From contig NW_021823562.1 of assembly GCF_006345805.1 (NCBI RefSeq), positions 1 through 21,751 on the forward strand: 21,751 nucleotides of DNA. The letters are read 5' to 3'. Of the stretch, positions 9,560 through 19,951 are shown piece by piece; the first letter of the stretch is position 1, and each line of letters starts with the position of its first letter. The notes under the pieces were generated by a model. It was not told the origin of the DNA, did not search any database, and was given only the letters and a program-made list of their open reading frames with translations. Made by a program: the position numbers and the translations under genes. The stretch comes from Octopus sinensis. Its lineage: Eukaryota.

Positions 9560-9811
9560 GTGGCAGAGACTGTGTGTGTGTGTGTATGTTAGGTTTAAGA
9601 TGTCGTCTGGGTTAACTCTGCATGGTAGAACTTTGGCGGCCTTTAACGGACTGTCGCAAGCATTTGGGTCAACTTTCCGGCTTGAATCTGTTTCCCGATC
9701 CCGTCTCTCTGACATGGAACCCCTATCAAGTGCTATGGTTACATTGTACGCGTTGGGGTCTATATGTTTATTTGTATTTGCGCGCGTATGTGTGTGTATA
9801 TGGTAGTCTTC

Positions 9812-10025
9812 TGCCTTTTAACTCTTTCAGATATTAATCTGCGGCCATGTTGGTGCACCGCCTTGGAGAATTTTAGTCGAACGAATCGACCACGGCACTT
9901 ATTCATTTTATAAGCTTGGAACTTATTCTATCGTTTTCTTTTGACGAAATGCTATGTTACGTAGGCATAAAAACACTCACACCGGTTGTTAATTGGTAAA
10001 GATGGGACAAACATAAGCACAAAGA

Positions 10026-10075
<50 letters not shown>

Positions 10076-10190
10076 AACACACACAGAGGACTAAGCCCTT
10101 TCTGTTTCTGTCTACCAAATCTACTCAGATGGTTTCCATCAGCCCGAGTGTATAGAGCTTTTCACCCACAGACTCGGTGTCTCACTTCCA
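9812..10190 (-). mobile_element. Diverged family B SINE with internal (CA)n
   Basis: The reverse complement contains GAGTAGATTTGGTAGACAGAAACAGAAAG, then (TG)n, then CGATAGAATAAGT...GGCGGTGCACCAACATGGCCGCAG, collinear with 4184-4651. Confidence 0.82.
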
Positions 10191-10549
10191 TAACTCTAGC
10201 AACAAAGATCCGTCACCATACTTTTCAGAAGAGCTGTTCTTGATGAGAGACCTGGTAGAAATTCAATCAAACTCGGTAGATTTAAGAATTTGCAAAATAT
10301 TAGACACGTAACTTCATGACAACGCGACTCCGAGCAATGATTGGTCGATTCAAGAAGGATAATGGATAAAATATATACTAATAGGCTGACTAAAGTTTTC
10401 CTTTGTTTTTTCACCTTCAAGTTCTATATCGATGAGCAAATGACAAAGCAGCAGCTATGGATGCATGGAGACTGTAGTCACAAGTTTGCAAATAGACGAC
10501 CCAAAGCATTGGGTACTTCGTCGCTGGACTGAAAGTCATCATCCCACCC

Positions 10550-10587
<38 letters not shown>

Positions 10588-10678
10588 CAATTTATGGTAG
10601 CAAAAAATTCAATAGAAATTATTTTGCCACCAGCGGTCTAGTGAGAAAGAGAAAATAGTCAGAGACTATGAATAAATT

Positions 10679-10790
10679 CAACAACAATTGACCCACTAGC
10701 TGCTATTTCTAGTGGGTCGAACGGCCTATTGTAGCCGTTCGGCCTATTGTAGCCGTTCGGCCTATTGTAGCCGTTCCTCAATTGTTGTTG
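10679..10790. repeat. Nested-hairpin element: 13 bp terminal inverted repeats, 10 bp-stem hairpin and 3 x 18 bp tandem
   Basis: CAACAACAATTGA (10679-10691) pairs with TCAATTGTTGTTG (10778-10790). GACCCACTAG/CTAGTGGGTC at 10690-10718. GGCCTATTGTAGCCGTTC x3 at 10723-10776. Confidence 0.9.
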
Positions 10791-10811
10791 TATATATATA
10801 TATATATACAT

Positions 10812-12125
10812 TGATACTTTGATACTTCCATAGGGGTCGGCCAGAATCGGCATAGGCCATGTCTAACTTAATAGTACCACCTGGCGAAGTAATTCAAATC
10901 AGGAATCGGACAACATGGCCCGCTCGTGGAGAGAGTTATTGTTTATGGAGACATATCCTGGTGTAGGAGGTACATCCAGGATTTGTTGAAGGAATTTGTC
11001 CAAAGACTACTTGAATTTTATGGGGTCTGTTTCTGCTTTAATGTGTTTTGGTGAAATATTAAAGAGAGCGGGGCTAATTGAGGTGAAATAATTGTGATGT
11101 ACTGTTGTTATGTGATGCGAGTATGATTTATGTCGTGGGGGATAGCAAGGGGCCGAGTTTTGGGTGTATCTTAAAGATGATGCCAATATCATTTGGGAAG
11201 TGCTGATGGAATATTTTCAACACCATGTAGATGATGTAGCGATCAAGATAGCGTCGGAAAGAATAAAGCTTGAGCTTTTCTAGTTGACCCCAATAGTCAA
11301 GGCCTGTCATGCCATCTATCTTTTCTGTATTTGACCTTTCATGATATTTTGTTTCGTGTGGGGAGACCACAGTGGACAATATTATTCAACGTGGCGTCGG
11401 GCAGAAGTGGAGGAGAGAAGGATATATCCCGACTGGTCAGTTCTGAGAATATAGGAACACATGCTGCGGGCCTTCTCAAGTTGGCTGTTTATATGAGCGG
11501 CCTAGCTTATGTTGATGTCCACAATTACTTCCAAGTCTCTGATGTTGTTGGATGCCATGAGAGTTTCATTTGAAGGGAGTATGGGAGATTCAGGGGATCA
11601 TCGTTTCCGAAGTGGATAAACGCAAATTTGTCCTTGTTTAGCAGCATGTTAGAAAACAGCAGCATATTGAATGACAGCCAGTAGATTTGACTGAAGGCAT
11701 GCCCGGTCACCCACTTCATTGAAGACCTTCTCGATCTTGGAATCACTTACAAATATTCTTATGTTGTTGTGCTTGATGATGCCAGTGACGGTATTGATGT
11801 AGATGCTGGAAAGAAGTGGGCACAACACAGTACTTTGTGGAAAATCACAACTGAATTTGTCTGGGCTTGATTTTACTCCTTCGACTACAACGTGTTCGTT
11901 TCTGTCCGGTAGAAAACACTTGATCCCTTGTAATAACTTTCCAGAGACACCAACGTGGGCTAGTTTTTTTAAGAGAACCTTATGATCAACCCTGTCAAAA
12001 GCGTTACTGAAACCAAGGTAGATAAAATCGGTGTTGGAGCCCTCTCCCAAAGCTCTTAAAAGGTCATCAAACGGATGCAGGAGCTACGTTAGACAGTTCC
12101 CTTCATTACGGAACCTTGTTGGTTG
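10812..12125 (-). mobile_element. Decayed CR1-type LINE fragment (RT domain to 3' end)
   Basis: [41 protein letters not shown] (PQGSVLGPLL) and IFVSDSK (LFADDTK); later CPLWSP, LKLYSFRR and LDKFL. Many frameshifts and stops; a short GTATCAA repeat at the tail. Confidence 0.9.
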
Positions 12126-12159
12126 GGTTCAGCGGTCTGTTGCTTTCAAGAAAGTAGGA

Positions 12160-12210
12160 TATATAAATATATATATATATATGCATGTATGTATCTATGT
12201 ATGTATGTAA

Positions 12211-12241
<31 letters not shown>

Positions 12242-12320
12242 TGTATGTATGTATGTATGTATGGATGGATGGATGGATGGATGGATGGATGGATGGATGG
12301 ATGGATGGATGGATGGATGT
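12160..12320. repeat. (TATG)n/(GATG)n microsatellite
   Basis: Directly visible. Confidence 0.96.
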
Positions 12321-12325
12321 ATATA

Positions 12326-12490
12326 TAGTGAGAATTTACAAAAAAAGAAATGACGAAGACGGGTGTGTAAACAACAAACAGGTATATTAGTTTAACGCTC
12401 GGGAAGCGAGAAAGTCTTTTACGTTTCGAGCCTACGCTCTTCAATAGAAAGGAATACAGAAATAAATAGGGTGAGAAAATAAAGATATAA
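12326..12490 (-). mobile_element. Penelope-like short element, copy A, with hammerhead-like motif at 12416-12451
   Basis: Minus strand reads CTTT-CTATTGA-A-GAGC-GTAG-GCTC-GAAA-CGTA-AAAG. The body is homologous to the copies at 13636, 16995 and 17729. Confidence 0.75.
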
Positions 12491-12513
12491 GATTTATATT
12501 ATAATACATGCAT

Positions 12514-12571
<58 letters not shown>

Positions 12572-13635
12572 CAATACATACATACATATATATAATATAT
12601 ATATATGTATGAATGTATATACCAGTGCCGACTGTGGCACTTGACCAGTTCGGACTTAACCCGGGTATAAGTTTAGTAAAATGAACGTGTATTTGCAAGA
12701 TGATTCAATTTCTGCCAACAATGGCTTCAAGCATGTAATTCCAGGCCATAATCGGGCTGCTTATGTCGAGCCTGGTCGCAGTTCATCTATTTTAGTTCAG
12801 AGTCTGGCGGCCGTCTTAAAGGTGCCCTGTCTCGAAAAATATCATTCGTAGCAGAGGTTCTCCCGACATCGTTCACACGCGCCTGACTCGGGTTCAGAAG
12901 GCACAGCTCGTGATGTTATCTATAATGGCAAAAGTAAAAAATAATTCAAATTCAATGTTTTCTTCAAACAATAAATTTCTTATAGAGATTAGGATTGAAA
13001 TTCCAATCTATGAAAAGTTTCCGTTTTACAATATTCTTAAAGGAAAGAATAATTATCCGGCAACTCGGGGTAATCCGAACGAGCTTGGTAGGTATAAATC
13101 ATTAACCGGCATCTCTTGTCAAGTGTACAGGCGACAGTCAGATCGCCGATGTTTGTTGAGCATTCCGTTGTCGTTATATATATAGTGAAGGGGGCCGGTG
13201 CGCATTGATGCCGTCGAGAGGTAGGCCCCGAAACTGCGCGCATTCTCTCCTGATGACCCCATACACTTGCTGGCTTCCGGTATGCGGACATTTTAACTGG
13301 TAGCACTTGCATGTGCAAGTTTTTTGCAAGACATGATTGCAGTTATTCTGTGCATCTCTGTGTAAAAGCAGTTGTGCTTTGCAAAGTTGCTTTATTTTAG
13401 CTCTTAACTTAGAAATGAAGAGAGACGTAGTGTTAGATATTAAAAAAAAAAGAAGTAATTTAGGACTAGAAATATCACGGAAAAACGTGAAATTCTTCGA
13501 GCAGGCATGTGCCCTATGCGAAATCTATGAAAAGCCCGAGTGACGTTGATGACCTGGAGTCGCTTGTGATACATATGTATAGACGTATGTATTTTTCCTT
13601 GTATACATTATCGCTAGCTCCAAAATATTTTTTTA

Positions 13636-13789
13636 ATTCCCTCTCTGTTTATTTCATCGTGTTCCTTTCTGTTGAAGAGCGTAGGCTCGAAACGTAACAG
13701 ATTTTCTCACCTTCCCAAGCGTTAAACTAATACATCTGTTTGTTGTTTATACACCTGTCTTCGCCTTTTGTTTTCTGTAAATTTCAACT
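13636..13789 (+). mobile_element. Penelope-like short element, copy B, with hammerhead-like motif at 13665-13700
   Basis: CTTT-CTGTTGA-A-GAGC-GTAG-GCTC-GAAA-CGTA-ACAG, followed by GCGTTAAACTAATACATCTGTTTGTTG and then (TA)n. Confidence 0.75.
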
Positions 13790-13906
13790 ATATATATATA
13801 TAATGTATAATGTATAATGTATATACATAATGTATAAACTGTATATATATATATTTATACACACACACGTACACACACATACACACACACACACATATAT
13901 ACATAC

Positions 13907-13953
<47 letters not shown>

Positions 13954-14227
13954 CATGTATACGTGTGTAGATGCACGTAAACATATATATCTACATAAAT
14001 GTACACAGACATGCATTCATAGATATGTGCACATATACATTTATCTGCCTGTGAATATGTGCATGGATCTGTGTAGGTATAAAAGTATGATTGCATATGT
14101 ACATATATGCATGTCTATATATATATGTATATATATATATATATATATATGTATAAATACTATCATACATATAAATACATACATACATATAGATATACAT
14201 ACATACATACATACATACATACATACA

Positions 14228-14260
<33 letters not shown>

Positions 14261-14275
14261 GTATGTATACGTAAG
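13788..14275. repeat. (TA)n/(CA)n/(TACA)n compound array
   Basis: Directly visible. Confidence 0.95.
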
Positions 14276-14734
14276 CACGAATAATTAACTAAAAACGAAA
14301 ATGGCTGCCAGACGGTCAAGCGAGCCAGACAGCAGCAAAATTCTCACATCAGCGACAGACGGAATACAGGCAACGGTGTTATAAATTGTATCACAGAATC
14401 AAAAAAAAAACAAAAAAAACAAAACAAAAAAAAAACAGAAAGAAAGAAGAAAAAAAACAACACCAACAGTTGCGAAGAAGATTAATTCTATTGATGATAT
14501 CATAAATACCATTTCATTCCCCATCAAAAATATTGTAAGATACAAGCAAGTTTCCAATAAAACTTGATCGATAATCATTTGGAACAGATGAAATAACTAA
14601 ATATAAATAAAACATAATAATAATAATCATTGATTATACTTATTTATATTTTTAGATAAAATACGCACCATGTTTTTTTTTTTTTATATATTTATTCATG
14701 TTTTTTTTGTGTGTATCATTATTGGTTGGTAGGT

Positions 14735-15269
14735 TCTCGTTGTTGTTGTTGTTGTCATTGTGGTTGTTGTTATTTTGATTACTGAATTTCAAAAACCTCA
14801 TTGTTCATGCACTCTGCCTCTTATTTCGTTGCCGTTGTTGTTGTTGCTATTATCATTATCATCATCATCATCATCATCATCATTCTTCTTCTTCTTCTTT
14901 TCTTCTTCTTCTTCTTCTTCTTCTTCTTCTTCTTCTTCTTCTTCTTCTTCTTCTTTTCTTCTTCTTCTTCTTCTTCTTCTTCTTCTCTTCTTCTTCTTCT
15001 TCTTCTGCTCTTCTTCTTCTTCTTCTTTCGTCTCTTCTCTCAGTTCTTCTTAGTATTATTATTATTTATTATTATTAGTTATTATTATTATTATTATTAT
15101 TGTTATTATTATTATTATTATTATATATTGTTGTTTGTTGTTGTTTGTTGATGTTGTTGTTATTGTTATTATTATTTTTATTATCCCCATCATTACCATG
15201 GGTATTGATAATATATGTTGATGATATTATTATTAATATTATTATTATTATTATCATTATTATTATTAT

Positions 15270-15301
<32 letters not shown>

Positions 15302-15330
15302 TTGTTATTGTTGTTGGTGTTGTTTTCTTT
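14735..15330. repeat. Compound triplet arrays (GTT)(CAT)(TTC)(ATT)(AGT)
   Basis: Directly visible; (TTC)n spans ~14883-15025. Confidence 0.95.
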
Positions 15331-15732
15331 TGTTGGTCGGTTATTATAACAGTTGTTGTTTTTGTAGGATTTTTCTTTCCCTCTTTCTGTTTTTTTTTTT
15401 CTTTTTTGCTTTGTTAAATTCATTTTCACACAGAACCAAACAATTTATCCATACTTTTAGATCGGAGAAAAGAGTGAGAAACACTTATCAGAATAAAGGA
15501 TGCATTTATATACATACATACATGCGTACATGCGTACATATGTATGTATGTATGTACAAATACAAGCATGTATATAGATACATACGCTTATATATGTGTG
15601 TGTGTATGTGTGTATGTGTGTGTGTGCGTGCGTGCGTGCGTGTGTGTATGTAAAAGTACATAGATTGAGGGAGGGAGAGAGCCGCGGGAAGGGTAAAGAG
15701 ACAGACAGAAGGACTGTAAGAAAAGAAAAAGG

Positions 15733-15740
15733 GAAGAAAG

Positions 15741-15771
<31 letters not shown>

Positions 15772-16040
15772 GGAAGAAGAAAAGAAGAAGAAGAAGAAGA
15801 AGAAGAAGAAGAGAAGAAGAAGAATGTGGAGAAGAAGAAGAAGAAGAAGAAGAATAGAAGAAGAAGAAAAAGAAGAAAAGAAGAAGGTGGAGAAGAAGCA
15901 GAAGAAGTAGAAGAAGAAGAAGAAGAAGAAGAAGAAGAAGAAGAAGAAGAAGAAGAAGAGAAGAAGAAGAAGAAGAAGAAGAAGAAGAAGAAGAAGAAGA
16001 AGAAAGAAGAACAGAAGAAGAAGAAGAAGAAGAAGAAGAA
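15733..16040. repeat. (GAA)n array
   Basis: Directly visible. Confidence 0.97.
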
Positions 16041-16332
16041 ACATTAATTGCTGTAATCAATCGATGAAAAATCTCTTTGGTAATAAACTTTAAAGATATC
16101 AAAGAAATCCGCTATTAATTCTTGTATTTCGGCTTATATATTATTTTTGTTTGTTTGTTTTTACTGGTTGGTTCTTTATTTTTTTTTCTTTATTTGTTTG
16201 TTTTGCTGTTTTTTAAAAAAGAATTCTCTTTTATTAATATATTCTGAAGTATTGCACTCATAAATAATGTCTATCTATATGATTATTATGTTCACTTTCT
16301 TATATACGGCCGTGTCTATGGCTTTCAACATA

Positions 16333-16368
<36 letters not shown>

Positions 16369-16407
16369 GATTATTATTATTATTATTATTATTATATTAT
16401 TATTATT

Positions 16408-16585
16408 AAGGCGGCAATCTGGCGGTATTGTTACCGCGCGGGACGAAATGCTTGGCGGTGTTTCGTTGTCGACTTTGCCCTTCCTCCTTTCGAAGTCGAT
16501 AAATTAAGTACCAGTGGAAAAATCGGGTGATATATGAAATCCACCCCCTACAGAACTTACTGGCCTTGTGCCACACTTTGAATGC
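16408..16585 (+). mobile_element. Internally deleted family A SINE next to (ATT)n
   Basis: AAGGCGGCAATCTGGCGG...GAAATGCTTGGCGG...GTCGACTTTGCCC...GTCGATAAATTAAGTACCAG...GGCCTTGTGCC. Confidence 0.8.
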
Positions 16586-16594
16586 TTTATTTTT

Positions 16595-16743
16595 AAGGCA
16601 GCAAGGTGGTATAATCCTTAAGTGATCGACAAAAGACGACCGATAGAATAAGTATTGGCGTCGATTCTTTCAACCAAAATTCCTTCAATGCGGTGCTCCA
16701 GCATGGTACAATTTCATAACTGGAACGTGTAAAGGATAAAAGA
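16595..16743 (+). mobile_element. Degraded SINE piece: family A-like head joined to family B 3' half
   Basis: AAGGCAGCAAGGTGG followed by GACCGATAGAATAAGTA...GCGGTGCTCCAGCATGG. Confidence 0.6.
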
Positions 16744-16922
16744 TGAAGATCGATCTCTTCCTATAGCTTCTGTTTCGTAAGACTGATCATTAGGAAAAGA
16801 ATTTGATTGTGTATTCGTAACCATCAATATTCTGAAGTTACATTTTGTATTCTGCATCATTAGGTATATACATACATATATGTATATACATACATACATA
16901 CTATATATATATATATAATATA

Positions 16923-16964
<42 letters not shown>

Positions 16965-16994
16965 TATATACATATATGTTATACGTATATACAG

Positions 16995-17170
16995 GGGATA
17001 CTTTAAAAAGAAGGCGAAGACGGGTGGTGTATACAACAAACAGATGTATTAGTTTAACGCTCGGGAAGTGAAAAAAGGTCTTTACGGTTTCGAGCCTACG
17101 ATCTTCCACAGAAAGAAACAAGGAGAGAAAATAAGAATGAGTAGTGGCTAGCGATCTATCATGGCGAATG
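16995..17170 (-). mobile_element. Penelope-like short element, copy C, with hammerhead-like motif at ~17080-17115
   Basis: Minus strand reads CTTT-CTGTGGA-A-GATC-GTAG-GCTC-GAAA-CCGTA-AAG; flanked by (TA)n. Confidence 0.72.
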
Positions 17171-17208
<38 letters not shown>

Positions 17209-17218
17209 CTATATATAT

Positions 17219-17266
<48 letters not shown>

Positions 17267-17684
17267 TATACATACATATATATATATACACACATACACA
17301 CATGCATACATGCACACACACACATATATATATACATATATACATACATAAAGATCATATATATATTATATATATATATACTGCATTACCAAAACATTCT
17401 GCTACGTTTACATAATTGCTTTTTCAAACAATATACTTGTTGCACTTCATAGCGCATATATTCTATCTGTGTATGCATGTGTGTGTGTTTCATAAAACTT
17501 AAATGCTTTGTGCTTCGCTGAGGCAAACACACAGTCATACGCACCCATACTTATACACATACAGATATACGTAACCACATATATACATATATATATATCT
17601 ATGTATATATACATACATGGATATATATATAAATATATGTGCCTGTGTATATACATACATGTATATATTTAATATATATAATAC

Positions 17685-17728
<44 letters not shown>

Positions 17729-17880
17729 GTCGAAATTTACAGAAAACAAAAGGCGAAGACAGGTGTATAACAGCAAAATGTGTATTAGTTACAGCTCGTG
17801 AAGGTGAGAGTCTTTTACGTTTCGAGTCTACGCTCTCCAACAGAAAGGAACATAGAAATAAACAGTGAGAGATATGAATA
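17729..17880 (-). mobile_element. Penelope-like short element, copy D, with hammerhead-like motif at 17812-17847
   Basis: Minus strand reads CTTT-CTGTTGG-A-GAGC-GTAG-ACTC-GAAA-CGTA-AAAG; flanked by (TA)n. Confidence 0.72.
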
Positions 17881-18299
17881 TATTATATATATATATACAT
17901 ATATATATATATTATATATATATATGTTATATATATGTGTGTATATGTGTGTAGTTTTGTGATTGAATATGTGTGTGTGTATAGTTGTGCATGCGTGTGT
18001 ATAAGTTGAAATATGATTCCGGGAGATCATTTAACTGAAAAAAAAGCATCAAAACAAGTAATGACACCGTCTCGATATTACAGAATTTGGAGAGAAAACA
18101 ACACAACAAGTTAAAGTCTTTAACCTGAGATCGATAAACAATCGTTAATCAGCTTGTTAAGTTGTTATATCATATTTTGGTGTTACAAGGTGGAGACGTT
18201 CACTGAAGATTAAACAATTAAAACGATTAAATCGGATACGAACTATCGATCTTTGGGCTGTCATTCTGACACACTGTTCAATCACTAGCTTGTTTATTA

Positions 18300-18430
18300 C
18301 AGCTCTCTCTCTCTCTCTCTCTCTGTCTCTCGCTTCCCCCTCACACACACACGCGCGCACATATTTCTCTTCTTCACTCACTGTCTCTCATGCCCTCTTT
18401 CTCTCTCACATCTCGCTCTCATTTCTAACT

Positions 18431-18467
<37 letters not shown>

Positions 18468-18671
18468 GCTGGCTCCTTTCTCTCTCTCTCACACTTTCTC
18501 CCCCACTTCTCACCTTGTCTCTCACTCTCAAGTCCTGTCTCTCTTTCTATCACTCTGTGTTTTATTCTCTCTCTCTCTGTCGTATCCTCACTCACCTGTA
18601 CCTCAGTCTCCCTCTCTCCCACTCTCTGCTCTCATCCAGAAAACCCCTTTCAATATACACATATTTGTATG

Positions 18672-18704
<33 letters not shown>

Positions 18705-18950
18705 ATAAGTACATGTGCATATATATATATATATATATTATACACATATATAAATACACACACACACACACATACATACATATATATATATATATATAAT
18801 ATATATAATATATAGTTAGATACATAGATATTGTTTGTGTGTTTGTACTTATACATATGTACATATTACAGATCAGTATTCATGTTTTCATTCTCTCTCT
18901 CTCTCTCCACACACACACACATACACACAGGCACACACACACACGCACAT
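18300..18950. repeat. (CT)n followed by (TA)/(TG)/(CA) compound arrays
   Basis: Directly visible. Confidence 0.94.
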
Positions 18951-19584
18951 GTAATATTAACACGTGTAGTACCGTTATAGTGTTAACAGCTTCATTTATA
19001 TACCTTCCGATTCCCCACCCCCCACCCCGCCATCTCTACGAAGTGTTCGACTCGATGCTAAACTTATGAATTGCATTCGCTTGTTTACACAAATTCACCA
19101 GATTCGTGCCTAAAGAAGCAGATTAAACGTGTCTTTGTAAATCTGTTGTAATTAATTGTTAATTTCTTCTCACTCAACATTCAGTGCTAAATACAAAGAG
19201 AAGCTCAAACAAAATTTCTTTTTGTTAATCAACTAAAAACGAAACAACACAACAAATTTCACCACTTTTTTTTCCTCTCTCTCGTCTTCAAACATCGATA
19301 TTGAAACAAAATATGAGGTTTTCAGTTGGAAATTCGTATTACTGCTTTTGTTGTTATTGTTATTATTGTTGTTGTTGTTGTTGATATTTTCTTTTGTAGA
19401 TTTTTGTATCGATGTCTCTCTATTTATCTCTCCATCTATCTATCGATCACTATATCCTATTGTTTATATATTTCGCTCTTTAACATTTAGCTGCTAAGAC
19501 TAAATTACATTTTTATGTCGGTTTCAGAGCTTTTACACAAACACACATACGCATAATATATAATATATATATATATATATATAT

Positions 19585-19740
19585 GGGGTGGGTGTGTGGT
19601 AAGTAGCTTGCTTAACTACCGCATGGTTCCGGGTTTAGTCCCACTGCGTGGCACCTTCGGCAAGTGTCTTGTACTATAGCCTCGCACCAACCAAAGCTTT
19701 GTGAGTGAATTTGGTAGACGGAAACTGAAAGAATCCCGTC

Positions 19741-19778
<38 letters not shown>

Positions 19779-19945
19779 GTGTGTGTATATGTTTGTGTGT
19801 CTCTATTTGTCACCCCTCCACCGATGTTGGTGTGTTTACGTTCCCGTAACTTAGCGATTCGTCAAAACGTGACCGAGCGAATAAGTACTAGGCTTACAAA
19901 GAATAAGTCGGTGCTCCAGCATGGCCTCAGTCAAGATGACTGAAT
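19585..19945 (+). mobile_element. Family B SINE with internal (TA)n
   Basis: Collinear with 4184-4651: GTGTGGTAAGTAGCTTGC, GTCCCACTGCGTGGCACC, GGTAGACGGAAACTGAAAGAA, GGTGCTCCAGCATGGCC. Confidence 0.9.
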
Positions 19946-19951
19946 CGAATT

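Noticed and set aside
10723-10776. 3 x 18 bp direct repeat as a CRISPR array
   Set aside because: There are no spacers, no cas genes, and the context is eukaryotic.
10719-10790. Minus-strand UUGAGGA-A-CGGC..GCC-GAAC as a hammerhead
   Set aside because: GAAC arises from the tandem junction, there is no GAAA, and no stem I or III with a UH site can be formed.
12840-12940. Strong minus-strand acceptor at 12920 followed by CERCRENLCYE (zinc-finger-like)
   Set aside because: All three frames after the acceptor hit stops, and the expected fourth Cys position is TGA.
13205-13295. Hammerhead from GUC-GAGAG...CUCUC-CUGAUGA plus a nearby CGAAAC
   Set aside because: Stem I and CUGAUGA are present, but the downstream motif is GACA rather than GAAA, stem III does not form, and the upstream GAAA cannot close stem II.
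14560-19450. Recurrent ATCGAT (Cut/Onecut-like) sites
   Set aside because: A rough estimate from base composition gives several expected by chance in this window, so enrichment cannot be claimed by eye.
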